Part shown: in pieces, positions 37,526-49,785 of the stretch
Position numbering within the stretch: the first letter of the stretch is position 1
How the letters are laid out: every line of letters begins with the position of its first letter
From: Tubulanus polymorphus
Lineage: Eukaryota; Animalia; Nemertea
Reading direction: 5' to 3'
Length of the DNA: 64,000 nt
Assembly: GCF_964204645.1 (NCBI RefSeq)
Contig: NC_134035.1
Span: 13,300,451 to 13,364,450, forward strand
The notes under the pieces: model-generated
What the model was told of the DNA's origin: nothing
Database searches by the model: none
The model's input: only the letters and a program-made list of their open reading frames with translations
Program-made: the position numbers and the translations under genes

Positions 37526-37682
37526 CGTCAAACTGTGTCAGAATTTACCAATAGATGAATGACAAATTAAAACTACATCGTCACCACTGAGTCGACTGTT
37601 ACTTATAGCCGAAAGCCACGTCTTAAAACAACTTTTGAGCAACTGATTCCTGGCCTTCCTTGTCTCACAACATAAATCATAC

Positions 37683-37856
37683 CTTGTTGTTTTTCATGGT
37701 CGGAGACTTTTTCGCTTTATTCCGATGATGATGAGGAGACAACCCACCACCGCCGCTGTCCGTAGCTGTAGCTGTTGTATTTGTGAGTAGAGGGGGTTTA
37801 GGTCCATGCGACCCAACCCCTACCACTGCCCCACATACACCGTTCATCGTTAACAT
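37683..37856 (-). CDS. Candidate alternative first coding exon of TRPC (MLTMNGVCG...SPTMKNNK)
   Basis: ATG-started 58 codons ending AAG|gtatga in phase 0; exon-like GC content. Confidence 0.45.
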
Positions 37857-38992
37857 CGTTCAGGCATTTCTATCGTCAAAATCTATCGATAAAACTATAA
37901 TTCCGTAGTTTTCATCCGATCCAAACTGGATCACTACACCACATCTTAGTTTAAATTCTCATTAAATCCGTAACGAACCGATGTATTCTGACGAATCCTA
38001 ATTAGCTAGGCATACATATATAGGTATGGAATTATTAAAAAAGAACTATAGCAACTGTCGTCGCTATCAGTTACCATATCAACTCACGCACGATATAAAT
38101 CCACTTTGACGGTTACGGCTTGACTGGGAGACTGCATTTTATAGATTGTTTGAATGTTTCGTTGTTTTAGAAATCGGAATTTATCAAAGTGCGCGGAGTC
38201 GACGATATGACACTGACAGACGGCGCACTAGAAACACAGATGTGTGTGTAACTGATGCACGAGGAGGACTAGGATTTCACCGCCACTAGTCCGGCGGCAT
38301 CGCTCGCACCTACAACCGATAACGGCTGCGATCATATCACGCGCGCGCGCTCTCTCTCTCTCTCTCGCCCTAAAAACTTATCAATCATTGGCGATTGATA
38401 TGATAAACCGTTTTGAATCATGATTCAGTGATATCACGATATCCGCGTGATGAATGTAAAATCATAAAATTGTTGAAAGACTAGAAAAGTTCATTCAAAA
38501 TGCTGGAAATTATTCGGGTGCCGGTTCCTATTCGGTCATTTTTTGACTGAAGAAATCGTGTTTAAGATATGTCGACTAAGATGCATGCTATGATGACCCA
38601 ACGTCGCTCTATTTGTCCCGGACGGAATTGGCGTGGTACCCCTCGAATTTACCGCTCGTGACTAGACCACGAGTAGTCATTATAATTCAAATTCGTTTTT
38701 ACGAATAGGCGTGGAACCATCTGTCGGAATGAATATCGAAGTAGCCATTGATTTTTGAATATATATATATTAAAGTACATGTACTTTTATATGCGAACCC
38801 CGGGACGATTTGAACGAATCATTATCATTAAATACTGGGTTCGAACCTGGGACACCTCTGAAGATCAAGACCACTCCTATACATCCTCTATTCATCATCA
38901 GGACCACTCGATGTCAGTTATTAATCGGTTCGAACCTGGGACACTCTCTACATTGGTTGTCTGGCCCGCTCAAATTCTATTATTATCATATT

Positions 38993-39140
38993 TACCGTCA
39001 AGTGCTGTCTCTATATATAGCAATAGCGGCGAATTGGCGAACTAACTGGTATGCACAATAATCCTACTGTGGCATGCGGGCCGAAAATTAGTTCACAGTT
39101 TCACCGCTAGCGTTGTGTATAGGGGCAGCACTTGACGGTT
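38993..39140. mobile_element. MITE family C
   Basis: TIRs accgtcaagtgctgtctctat / ataggggcagcacttgacggt. Confidence 0.7.
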
Positions 39141-40070
39141 GAAATTACACGTCCGATATTCTTACCGCGGCATGCGAGTAATGCAGCGTCTTACAAACTG
39201 TCCCCAATGATCGAGATCCTTAATCTGTATCGAATATCTTCTGGAATGAGTTTACAGCCACTAAAAGTGATCCCTCACGTGCCAAAGTAAGAATCAATGA
39301 ACAAATACAGTCCCCGGAGGTCCCGGGTTCGAATCTAGAGTTGTTAATAGGAATATTTATTTTTATATATGTAGTACCCGGGATACTGGATGATCTAAGT
39401 TACAGTTCACCCCCAAACTTCAAATACGAGCCCCTGTGATGTCAAGTTATTTGGCAAGTGTAAATTATCTCAGCTGTTTTTGCAACACGTACTACGAAAT
39501 GAAATCTAGTTATAAACCTTCAAAGTACTTATTTGTCTTCCAGCGTTTATTGATTCTTGGACTGAAATTACGTTGTTAAGTCAAAGGAAACTGGTATCAA
39601 CTTAAACCAAATGCAAATCGAATTTTCAATTGAGTTAACATCGATCAAAGTGCGCCCTTTTTTGGATGAGTCTTCAAAATCGAACTCCACCCCCGGTTTC
39701 GGGCCCAGTTTGAGATCGATACCAATCTATAAAACCGCTTTTCCTACCCTTCTATTCCATCGTCCATTAAATTTCTTCGTTATCGATTTTGAAATTCGTC
39801 TAGCATTATTAACAGACGACCATACGTGTTGTAGATGTTCACGTGGCTGCCCGTCAGCCCTATTGGATTCATCGTTGCACCGTCGCTGTGAAGTGACGTT
39901 ATTCCTGATAAACAACCACGCTCCGTCGTCCCACCCGAATAGTGATGACGTCATTGTACGCGTGCCGGGGCGCTTTGTACCAGTGAACGAATTCTGAAAT
40001 GTGACATTTACAAACTTGATAGATGATTAATTTTAATTGTTGGGTCAAACTTAAGCAAGAACCGCGCTAT

Positions 40071-40318
40071 ATACGTGGAACCTCGTTACAGCGAACTTCC
40101 AAGGGACCAGAAAATATGTTCGTTATAACTGATAGTTCTTTATACAGCGGAACCTCGTTACGACGAACTTCAGGAGACCAGAAAATATGTTCGTTATAAC
40201 CGTTATCCAGTATCGATTAATCCAAATTAATTACATTTTCTTTCTTGGGACGAAATTCTATATTTGTTATGATGAATCGTTGTATGAATCGAGTTCGTTA
40301 TAACGAGGTTACACAGTA
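40071..40318. mobile_element. Tc1/mariner (Tigger/pogo-like) non-autonomous element with duplicated left end
   Basis: ta-cagcggaacctcgttacgacgaac ... gttcgttataacgaggttacacag-ta TIRs; left ~70 bp occurs twice. Confidence 0.7.
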
Positions 40319-40623
40319 TTCAATTTGAGATATAGGGGCACGTAGGACCCACGGGCTCGAGAACAGGACACAGGACTCTGAGTTGGGCTTGTCCTGTGAC
40401 CTCCCCTATTGAACCTGGATCCAGCCCTACAATATTGAGTTATATCTTCAACCATAGTGCCAGCATTTGTGTTCATATCAAATCCGGAAACTTTAGAACT
40501 GAGACCGGCTGTGAAAATAAATTCACTATGAATTTTCAATGTTATTATTCTTTTTATAACCGTTAAAGTTTATGAATTTTGAAAAAATGAATGTAACTGA
40601 ATTTTCTTACAGTTTACCATTGT

Positions 40624-40624
<1 letters not shown>

Positions 40625-40713
<89 letters not shown>
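40625..40713. repeat. (CAG)n microsatellite, ~30 units
   Basis: Perfect trinucleotide run. Confidence 0.97.
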
Positions 40714-40715
<2 letters not shown>

Positions 40716-42727
40716 TAGAATCATCCACTTTCACTGATCACCGAAATATCCTCCTCACTCACAATCGACACAGTACAAAATATCATATATTATTCAAATG
40801 TGTTGTTGATTTCTAATTTTCGACTGGCGCACCATAGTACCTTGTCATAATTTATTAAAATCGGTTGTTTTAACGGAAGGTTGTCACGTGGTGCGACAGC
40901 GGGCTCAAACATGTGTGACGGGTGTGGTGATATTGATATTTGTTTCGCAGCAGTTCCAATATCAGAGTCTGGTCTCCCGAATTTATAAAATTCCTGAGGT
41001 TGAATGTCCAGAGGAGTGAATCTAGACGGGTTTACAACCCCCCTAAAACATCCCGGGCTATAGTTTCACACGGTTACCTTAACGTAGACAAGATAATGAG
41101 ATCAAATGCCCTGAAAAGTCATTAAAAAAAGTCTTAGATTTTTCGAAGTTTTCTATGATAGGGACCACAAACAGACCCCCAAGGGCTTTACACCTTCGGT
41201 GATCGCCATCTTTGTAAGTTACCCTTTTTCTGCCACAATCTTTGAAGAAATCCTATAACTGCCCAGCTGCTGAAATCTTCAAACACTGACAGTACCAGCC
41301 ACCACCGTGAGAAAACATCCTAACTGCGCCAGTCACTACTAACAAGCCCGATGATTAGCACGCAGGGCTTTAAAAGCTATGCTCGAATAGAGGGTTAGAG
41401 TTATTTCGCATATCATATACCGGACACGCGTTAGATGTTTTGCCAGGACCAGAAGTCAGGTTTGCCGGATGATCAAATATACCACATTGAGATACAAGGA
41501 ACAAACCATCGAAACAAATGAAACTTTTTCAGATAGTTTTGTTAATAGCGTTTTTTTTATTTGATTGATCTCAAAATCTAAAGCGATATAAGTATACATG
41601 ATGAACTATTGAATGAATAATTCGTGGAGGAAATATATATATAACTCATAATCAATTAACAATAAGGAGTCGTCTGGACTCAGGAGCCATATCAAGAAGA
41701 CACAGACTCTATGAGTCATGATGACTTTCTCTCTGGTGTTAGTAATAATGGAATGCATGCACTGATTACACTGATCATTTTATACATTTGTAAATTATTT
41801 GGACCCAGTTCCACAGATATGGGTTACATTTGACATACAGATAGTCAATCTGTTGCCTGGACCCTGCCGCCGCTCAGCCTGGATGGACCCAGCTGCCTCC
41901 CAGCCTGGATTGGATGCACCCAGCTGCCTCTCGGCCTGGACCAAGCTGCACCTCTTCTGACAATCTGTTGTTCCAGGCTGCAGACTGATACCTGCTTAGT
42001 TAAATCTAACTCACGGTCCTGTTATTCTAAGCACATGAGTGGTTTTTTTTTGTACCGATACAAATATTTGATTTAACTTAATCAGTTTTTATCGCATAAA
42101 ATAGTAATATAAATCATACATCAATATTTAATAAATGTCAGCATTATACACGTGCTGCTGCTGCTGGTGCTGCTGGTGTTGGAATGTTAGTTTTCCTATA
42201 AATTGAACGTTGGAGATAAATAAGATTCCGTCACCTTAAAAACTTGCGTCAAACTTTGACACGGATTTCAAAAAATTGAAAATTTTGACCAACAAAAAAT
42301 GAATGCACACGATTCTAAACAATAGAAACAGTAACCATTGACAACAATATCTGACCATAAGTAGTGAATTTATAAACGGCCACATTCGAAATGGCGTCCT
42401 CGCTTGCCAAAGGACAATTCACAGTGATGGATACTGTGACCTATAGTGACTTATAATGTGTAAGCCATAAATAAAACTAGATTTATTATATAGGATATGT
42501 TTTAAAAATGCTTATATCTTAAATAGATAATTAACCGGGTTTTTTTCAAGGTTTTCTATTATTGGCACATGTTGTGTGTAGAGTATGTTTTCATCTTTTC
42601 GTTCTATAAAAGTAGCAAATACTACATAAATATCATTCCTACTGTTTGTACCCTGGTTTATATATTAAAGTTTAGTCGGAATTTTTTAAGAGACAGATTA
42701 TCAAGAACTTATATATTCTGGTGCCCA

Positions 42728-43118
42728 GGGGCAGGTTTCATAAAGCTAGTGACAATCAAATTATATTGTTGAAGTCATTCAAGATGAAAAGGTCGTCAAA
42801 GTCCATTATAAATTTCTAATGCTTCTGGCTGTTCGCTTAACGCCAACATTTTTCAAAGAACAAATTCGACCAATTTTACTCGAATTCAATGTAAATACGA
42901 TCATTTACAATGCTGCAAAATTTGTTTTGGTGCCATGTTTTTCATGTTGGTCCCAATAGTGGCGTTATAAACGACTTTTCCTGTAATCGTTATTTGAAGT
43001 CAATGTAAATGATACATCATTAATAACTAATTATAATTTTGCTGAATCATTGAAGTCATTGAGATTTAGTAGGTCAGTCATTAGTAACCGATAATAATTT
43101 GGCTTTATGAAACTGCCC
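42728..43118. mobile_element. ~390-bp TIR element (MITE)
   Basis: gggcaggtttcataaagc ... gctttatgaaactgccc termini with internal inverted similarity. Confidence 0.65.
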
Positions 43119-43611
43119 GTGGTTTTTTTTTCAGGTGGGGTTCGACAAATAATTTTTCAGATATATTTATGAATAAGTTTTTTTAAATATCTTACAGCTA
43201 AAATACATCAAATACACGTAGAATATCATATATCGTGATATATAATAGTATATATATATATATATATATATCGAAGTCCACCGAAACCGAAATATGTATT
43301 ACAATGTAACAAAATGTAGCATTAATTATGATTTAATTACAATGTACAAAGTACACAGCACCTTACTCAGTATGGTTTCAGAATCAGAGAACTCGGTAGT
43401 GTTGGTGGGACTGTCAATATCTGACACTGAGTTGAGACCCGTACCGAGTAAGGAGAAGTCTACCGCAATATCGAATGTAAATCTTAAATTTTAACTGAAG
43501 ATGTTTTAAGACAGCAAATCATTGATATTCAATTGATTAAAAGCATTTCTAATGCGATCCATGTTGGTTGGCACAAAGTGTGTGTCTTGTGTGTCGTGTG
43601 TGGACTGGTAT

Positions 43612-46600
43612 CTACTGTGTACGAGTCAATGCACCAGCGCCGCCTCCATAACCGTATCCCTTAGGTCCGAAATTAGCTCCGTAACAACCTGTAATACAAC
43701 GTAATACAATGTTACATTATGTAATACAATGTTATACAATGTCATATTGATGAGAAGAGTTGTCGAGGAGTTGCGTCAACCTGGAATTGAATCAGTCAAA
43801 CTTATAGACAGATAGTACTTCACAATCATTTCAATTTCATACTTCAAATATATCTAGTTAACCTTCAAAGTATTATTTGTCACATTACGCAAGAGTGTTA
43901 CATTAAATAATGCAGTGTAACATAATGTACACATTATGCGACATAATGTGCACATTATGCGTCATAATGTACACATTATGCAACATAATGTGCACATTAT
44001 AAATAAGACAATGTCATGTGATGAAATATAATGTAGAAACAGTTTTTTCGATGTTATCATCAGGGGGTGAGGGGGGGGGGTGAGAGGGGGAGGGGGTGAG
44101 AGGGGGGCGGTATGTGTTGTTTTACCTTTGCAATAAATGTCTCCATCTTTTTCTGCTAATTTATTCGAATCGAGCAAAGCTTGACACATTTTACACTTGA
44201 AACATTGTTTGTGAAAAACCTACAATACAAAAATAGATATCACAATCAATCAATCAGATTATCCTAGGTACTGTTAACGCTGTACAGTTTTCCCTGACTT
44301 GATCTGCTAAAAATCCAATCAATTTAACACAGTGAAATAACTAAGACATAGACGGAAACTGATTAAGAGGATTAAGAGGTGTTAGTTTCCTACCTGTCCT
44401 GCTCCTGTAATTCTTTCCGCGTGATAAACACTCGTTCCACATCGAAAACATTTTTCAGCTCCTCCGAAACTTGTTGTTTGTCCACCAGATTTCGGAGCTA
44501 CATAGGTTTCAGCACCAACACTGTAAACAATAAATAACATATCACCGTTAAACAGCATTCAGAAGAGGAGACAAGAGGAGAGAGGAAAGGAGGAACAGGG
44601 GATAGAAGCGTGAGAGGGAGAGGAGAATGGGAGAGAGTGGGAAAGAGGAAGGGAGGAGAGGGAGATGAGAGAGAAAGAAAGGAAGGGAGAAAGGGAGACA
44701 GGCAGAGTGGGAAGAGCGAAAGAGGAGAGGTTAGAGGAGGCAAAAGGGGAGAAGAGGTGTAGAGGGATGATTAGGGATGAAGAAGGGAGGAATGGGAGGA
44801 AGAGAAGGATGAGGAATGGGAGGAAGGGAAGGATGAGGAATGGGAGGAAGAGAAGGATGAGGAATGGGAGGAAGGGAAGGATGAGGAATGGGAGGAAGAG
44901 AAGGATGAGGAATGGGAGGAAGAGAAGGATGAGGAATTGTTATCGTACAAATAATTGGTTGTTCAAACTTTTCAAAATATGCAACAGTTACAAAACACAA
45001 CACAACATCAAACTACATTAAACTTACACAAACAGATTTACAATTATTTGAGAATGACTCGTTTTAAGATCAGTTACTCAATTCTATCCGATACATTATC
45101 TCTAATTCTGACAAAAAGTGAGTAGAATTTCAGGCCACTGGGAAAAAACTGTTCGTTTATCAGTATGAAAGTAATCTGAAGTTTTTACGGTTTTATTTGA
45201 ACATCTGTCGTGAAGAAAGAGTAACTGATATTAGTAGTGTTAACGATAACTTACTCTCGCGGCGCTGTTCTCGCTCCGTCCATGGACAGCCCGGTACCGC
45301 CACCTGCAGCAAAACCGTATCCATGGGGACCGAAGTCCTTACCGTAACAGCTCGGACAGTAGAGACCGTCCTGATGTTGTTTGATAGAACCGGGAGTTAG
45401 CAGTTTATTGCACGTTTCTGTCGAACAAACAAACAACATAATTACATGCAAAACACGTATTAAACAGCATGCGGATAGTACTGCCATCTAGTGAGCAGTA
45501 ATGACACTAAATACACTAGAGCCTGTATCATTTATACAGATATCGATCTGCCACTTGGAATCCCCAATGATCTGCCCGAATCCTTAACCTTCAGCCCGAA
45601 TCCCCAGACGTTCCACCTGAATCTTCAACGTTCGGCCTGAATCCCCAACCTTTGGCCAGAATCCACAACCATCAGACAATCTGCACCCTAAACCACACAT
45701 ACTAAAGTATGGACGATCAGTTTTCAGAATGCTGGTAAAATGTCTCATATCTAGAAGGACAGGATACAGGCAGCAGATTGATATGTGCATCAACAACATC
45801 AGACTCTAACATATCTATATTTACAGTTAGTGTTATATACAGAGATTATTTTTGTGATCGGTGAATTTCATTGAACCCAATCACTATTTGGGGACGATCC
45901 CGAGTTAGGTAAATTTTGGGGTGGGTCGCAATTTGATTGGTTGAATCGACGTCGTAGAAAATTGACTGCGTACAAGTTGTGATACCAGTGTTAGGATTGA
46001 TAATAACCCAAGGGCAGCCGAGAGTCATATTCTGAATTAGAGCGCGCTCTAAATTCGACGCTTAAAAAAATTCATAGCAACAACATACACATCATACACA
46101 GATACACTGCGGGTGTTTTTACTGTTGATACGGAGCCAAAATCTGCAGTCATCAATCGATTGATCAATAATATTGATTTGTCATATACCACATTTCATAA
46201 CGCGGCAACAAAAAATACCCACAACGGGTTTGTATGAAATGCAAGTCAAACTTCAATTGATGTACGTTCATCTCAAAACATGGGTTAATCATTGATTGTG
46301 AGACTTAATCAAACCCTAATCATCTTAAACAATCATCCTGCTAGTAGTATATATATATATATATATATATACTGTCATGCTATTAGAGAAACAATTAAAA
46401 CTTCAATTCATGCCAGACCTGGAATTATAAATGAACTCCAGAGTTACGCAGAGATGAACACTGTCATTGTCGATCAAGATTTAGCGATTTGTGTTGAAAC
46501 TAGATGTGCAAGGTGCAGTAGGGTGTTCGTAGACAAACAACTGGAGTTCAAATGGAACTGGTGTTCATGGAGTGAACAAACTGGTGTCTATGTACATAGA

Positions 46601-49600
46601 ACGGGTGTTCACATAGAACCAGTGTTCATATAGTGAACATAGAACTAGTGTTCATATCGAACTGTTCGACAGTTGTGAGTTAAAATCTATTCATCTTCAA
46701 TGATTTTAATTCTAATCAAGTCTGAACAGTTGTGAGTAACTCATGAGTTAAAATCAATTCATTTTCAACGAGTTAACTCCGAACCAAATCTTAACTCACA
46801 ACAGTGGAACTGGTTCGTGGTGTGTTCATGTAGAACTGGTGCCTGAGTGAGAGAGAGAGAGATGTAAAACTACCGGCTGATTTAAAACAAACACAAACAC
46901 AATGCTACGAATGCTGCGTTCATTCTCACGTTAATCAATAAACCGTGCGATAAAACAACAACCTATAAAACTAACACACTTCAAAATTAACATTATCAAA
47001 ATGATTTCCGATGAATCTCGAAATTTCGCAAATTTCTCAGCCGATAATTTCACAAATTTCCTTTCATCGAAAAACGAAAACGACAACGATTTTTAATCAG
47101 CATCGAACGACATCGATATCCATCACCAGTGAGTCGACTTACTCCCGAGTCGGTAACTTTCCGTTAGCCGCCGATAAACCGCCTTGACCTCCCGCAAAAC
47201 CGTAACCGTGGATACCGAATTCACGTCCGTAACATGTGAAACAATAAACCTCTTCCTGATGTAATTTAGATGTTCGAGCGTCTAATAATTTACTGCAACC
47301 AACTACAATTAACCAAACCATCGTCGTAACCAACCATTAACCTAGTAACCATAGTTATTACTGATTGTAACCATAGAAACCAGCCATAACCGTAGTAACC
47401 ACTGGTAATAACCATAGAAACCAACCGTTAACCTAGTAACCAGAGTTGCTACTGATTGTAACCATAGAAACCAGTCATAACCATAGTAACCATTGGTAAT
47501 AACCATAGAAACCATCAATTACCATAGTAACCACAGGTATGGTATATAATAACAGAGCAGGTATTAACCCTTTCAGTGCAGAGTACTCCACACTGCGGTG
47601 TATAACCCACCCACGATACATCGCATCTACTCTTACCCACCGTGCGGTGTATTCATGTAATTATTAATTAGTTACGTAAAATCTCTATTGAAAGAGGCAG
47701 CACCTGTCAAACATAGAAATACTCACAGCGGGGTAAGAGTATATCATAGCACTGAAAGGGTTCAATCATTAAGATGTATCGAGCAGTTAGTTGTTCACTA
47801 ATAGTGTGAGATCAGTAGTCACTGCATTCATTGAAACTCCTGGGCCCGGTTCTAAAGTCATGGCTTAGTCTTAAGACCAGTCTAAGACTGTGTTAGTTTA
47901 TCTCAATAATCGAGCAACTTAAGACCGATCTTGATGTTTAAAAATACTTTTGGACTTATCAGTCTTAACTCTGGAACCGGGCCCTGGGTACAACCTCCCC
48001 GGGTGAAACCTCCCCGGGTACAACCTCCCTGGGTACAACCTCCCCGGGCACAACCAAACCATCCTCTTTCAATACTTACGGCACTTTAAACAGAGTTTAT
48101 GGAATTTTTTTCCGCCGGCTTCGACACATTCAGCGTGATAAACCGTCGTCTGACAACGATGACATTTATCGCCACCTCCGAATTTAGAAGCTAACGGATT
48201 AGATTGAGTCGGTCTCGCCGGCTGCTGCCTGCATGAAAACAAATAATAATACTGTAGAAATTGTCAAAAATTAGTTATTTTGACCGACAGTATTAAAAAC
48301 ATGGGAAATGAACGATTCTGAACTCTAGGACAGACCAGACAACTTGATATCTCTAACTGGAGTAGTTTTCACAAAAATTTAGAATAGATTGACTAGATTC
48401 GACTGAAAAGTCGTTGTTTAATTGAAAATGAACTAGAAATTATTGTGATTTTGAGAGTAACTTGATAGTCTTGGGATCAGTTGAGCTCTTTAAAGAGAGT
48501 AGGAATGACTACCAAGTCACATCTGCTCGAGTCACACTCATTTGAACAGAGTCCTCTAGTGACAGACAGATAGACAGAGATTGACAGACAGAGATAAACG
48601 GACAGACAGACAGAGATAAACGGACAGACAGACAGACGTACGTATTGGTAGATTCAGCACCGTGTTCAGTTGATAACCCAGCACCACCACCTCCACCAAA
48701 CCCGTATCCAGCTGCGCCAAACTTCTTCTTATGACACGGTATACAGTATGGTGTACCATCGTGATCGGCTGAATTACCTCCTTCTAATGTTTTACCGCAA
48801 TCGTCTAAAAACAGAAAATAATCTCACGTCACAAACTGTTACTCAGTATTTGACACCAACTCGGGGTAGAATTTTACCAGTCTCAACCTTACCGCAGTAA
48901 GAGACAGAGTCTACTGTATTTAACAAACTCTTACTCAGTATTTGACACCAACTCGGGGTAGAATTCTACCGGTCTCAACTTTACCGCAGTAAGTGACAGA
49001 GTCTACTGTATTTCACAAACTCTTACTCAGTATCTGACACCAACTCGGGGTAGAATTTTACCGGTCTCAACTTTACCGCAGTAAGAGACAGAGTCTACTG
49101 TATTTCACAAACTCTTACTCAGTATTTGACACCAACTCGGGGTAGAATTTTACCAGTCTCAACTTTACCGCAGTAAGAGACAGAGTCTACTGTATTTCAC
49201 AAACTCTTACTCAGTATTTGACACCAACTCGGGGTAGAATTTTACCATGCTCAACCTTACCCCAGTAAGAGACAGAGTCTACTGTATTTCACAAACTCTT
49301 ACTCAGTATTTGACACCAACTCGGGGTAGAATTTTACCATGCTCAACCTTACCGCAGTAAGAGACAGAGTCTACTGTATTTCACAAACTCTTACTCAGTA
49401 TTTGACACCAACTCGGGGTAGAATTTTACCAGTCTCAACTTTACCGCAGTAAGAGACAGAGTCTACTGTATTTCACAAACTCTTACTCAGTATTTGACAC
49501 CAACTCGGGGTAGAATTTTACCATGCTCAACCTTACCCCAGTAAGAGACAGAGTCTACTGTATTTCACAAACTCTTAATCAGTATTTGACACCAACTCGG

Positions 49601-49785
49601 GGTAGAATTTTACCATGCTCAACTTTACCCCGAGTAAGAGACAGAGTCTACTGTATTTCACAATCAAACTTACCGCATTTAAAACAGCTTTGATGCCACG
49701 TTTTATTCAAAGCCTTTCTTTCCTCGTTGAAATAAACAGATTTATTACATTTGGCACAAGTCGGTCCTCCACCATAAACCGGCAT
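43612..49785 (-). CDS. CSRP: Cysteine- and glycine-rich LIM protein (CSRP/muscle LIM protein family) with three LIM+Gly units, ~293-294 aa
   Basis: Exons 49674-49785, 48642-48804, 48080-48228, [47143-47302 or 45255-45417], 44394-44520, 44126-44219, 43612-43688. MPVYGGGPTCAKCNKSVYFNEE...WHQSCFKC; three CxxC...HxxCxxCxxC...CxxC LIM domains, each followed by FGxxGYG(F/Y)(G/A)xG. Confidence 0.92.
44785..44937. repeat. 24-bp purine-rich minisatellite (gggaggaagagaaggatgaggaat)n in a CSRP intron
   Basis: About 6 tandem units within a longer polypurine tract from ~44565. Confidence 0.85.
45255..45417 (-). CDS. CSRP exon 4b (second zinc finger of LIM2 plus Gly repeat), putatively mutually exclusive
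   Basis: 163 nt, phase 1 in / phase 2 out; CNKLLTPGSIKQHQDGLYCPSCYGKDFGPHGYGFAAGG; gtaagt donor. Confidence 0.8.
47143..47302 (-). CDS. CSRP exon 4a (second zinc finger of LIM2 plus Gly repeat), putatively mutually exclusive
   Basis: 160 nt, phase 1 in / phase 2 out; CSKLLDARTSKLHQEEVYCFTCYGREFGIHGYGFAGG; gtaagt donor. Confidence 0.8.
47568..47760. mobile_element. piggyBac-like MITE
   Basis: TTAA-ccctttcagtgc ... gcactgaaaggg-TTCA: CCC termini and a degenerate TTAA target site. Confidence 0.7.
47843..47983. mobile_element. MITE family A variant (CTG target duplication)
   Basis: ctg-ggcccggttc...gaaccgggcc-ctg. Confidence 0.7.
48836..49662. repeat. 92-bp satellite, 9 units, filling CSRP coding intron 1
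   Basis: Units begin at 48841, 48933, 49025 ... 49577. Confidence 0.93.

Noticed and set aside
39611-39997. 128-aa plus-strand ORF as a gene
   Set aside because: No recognisable domain or splice context on +; the splice signal present is on the minus strand.
40625-40713. Polyglutamine-coding exon
   Set aside because: Stops closely flank the CAG run and no linked ORF is evident; treated as a microsatellite, possibly in a UTR.
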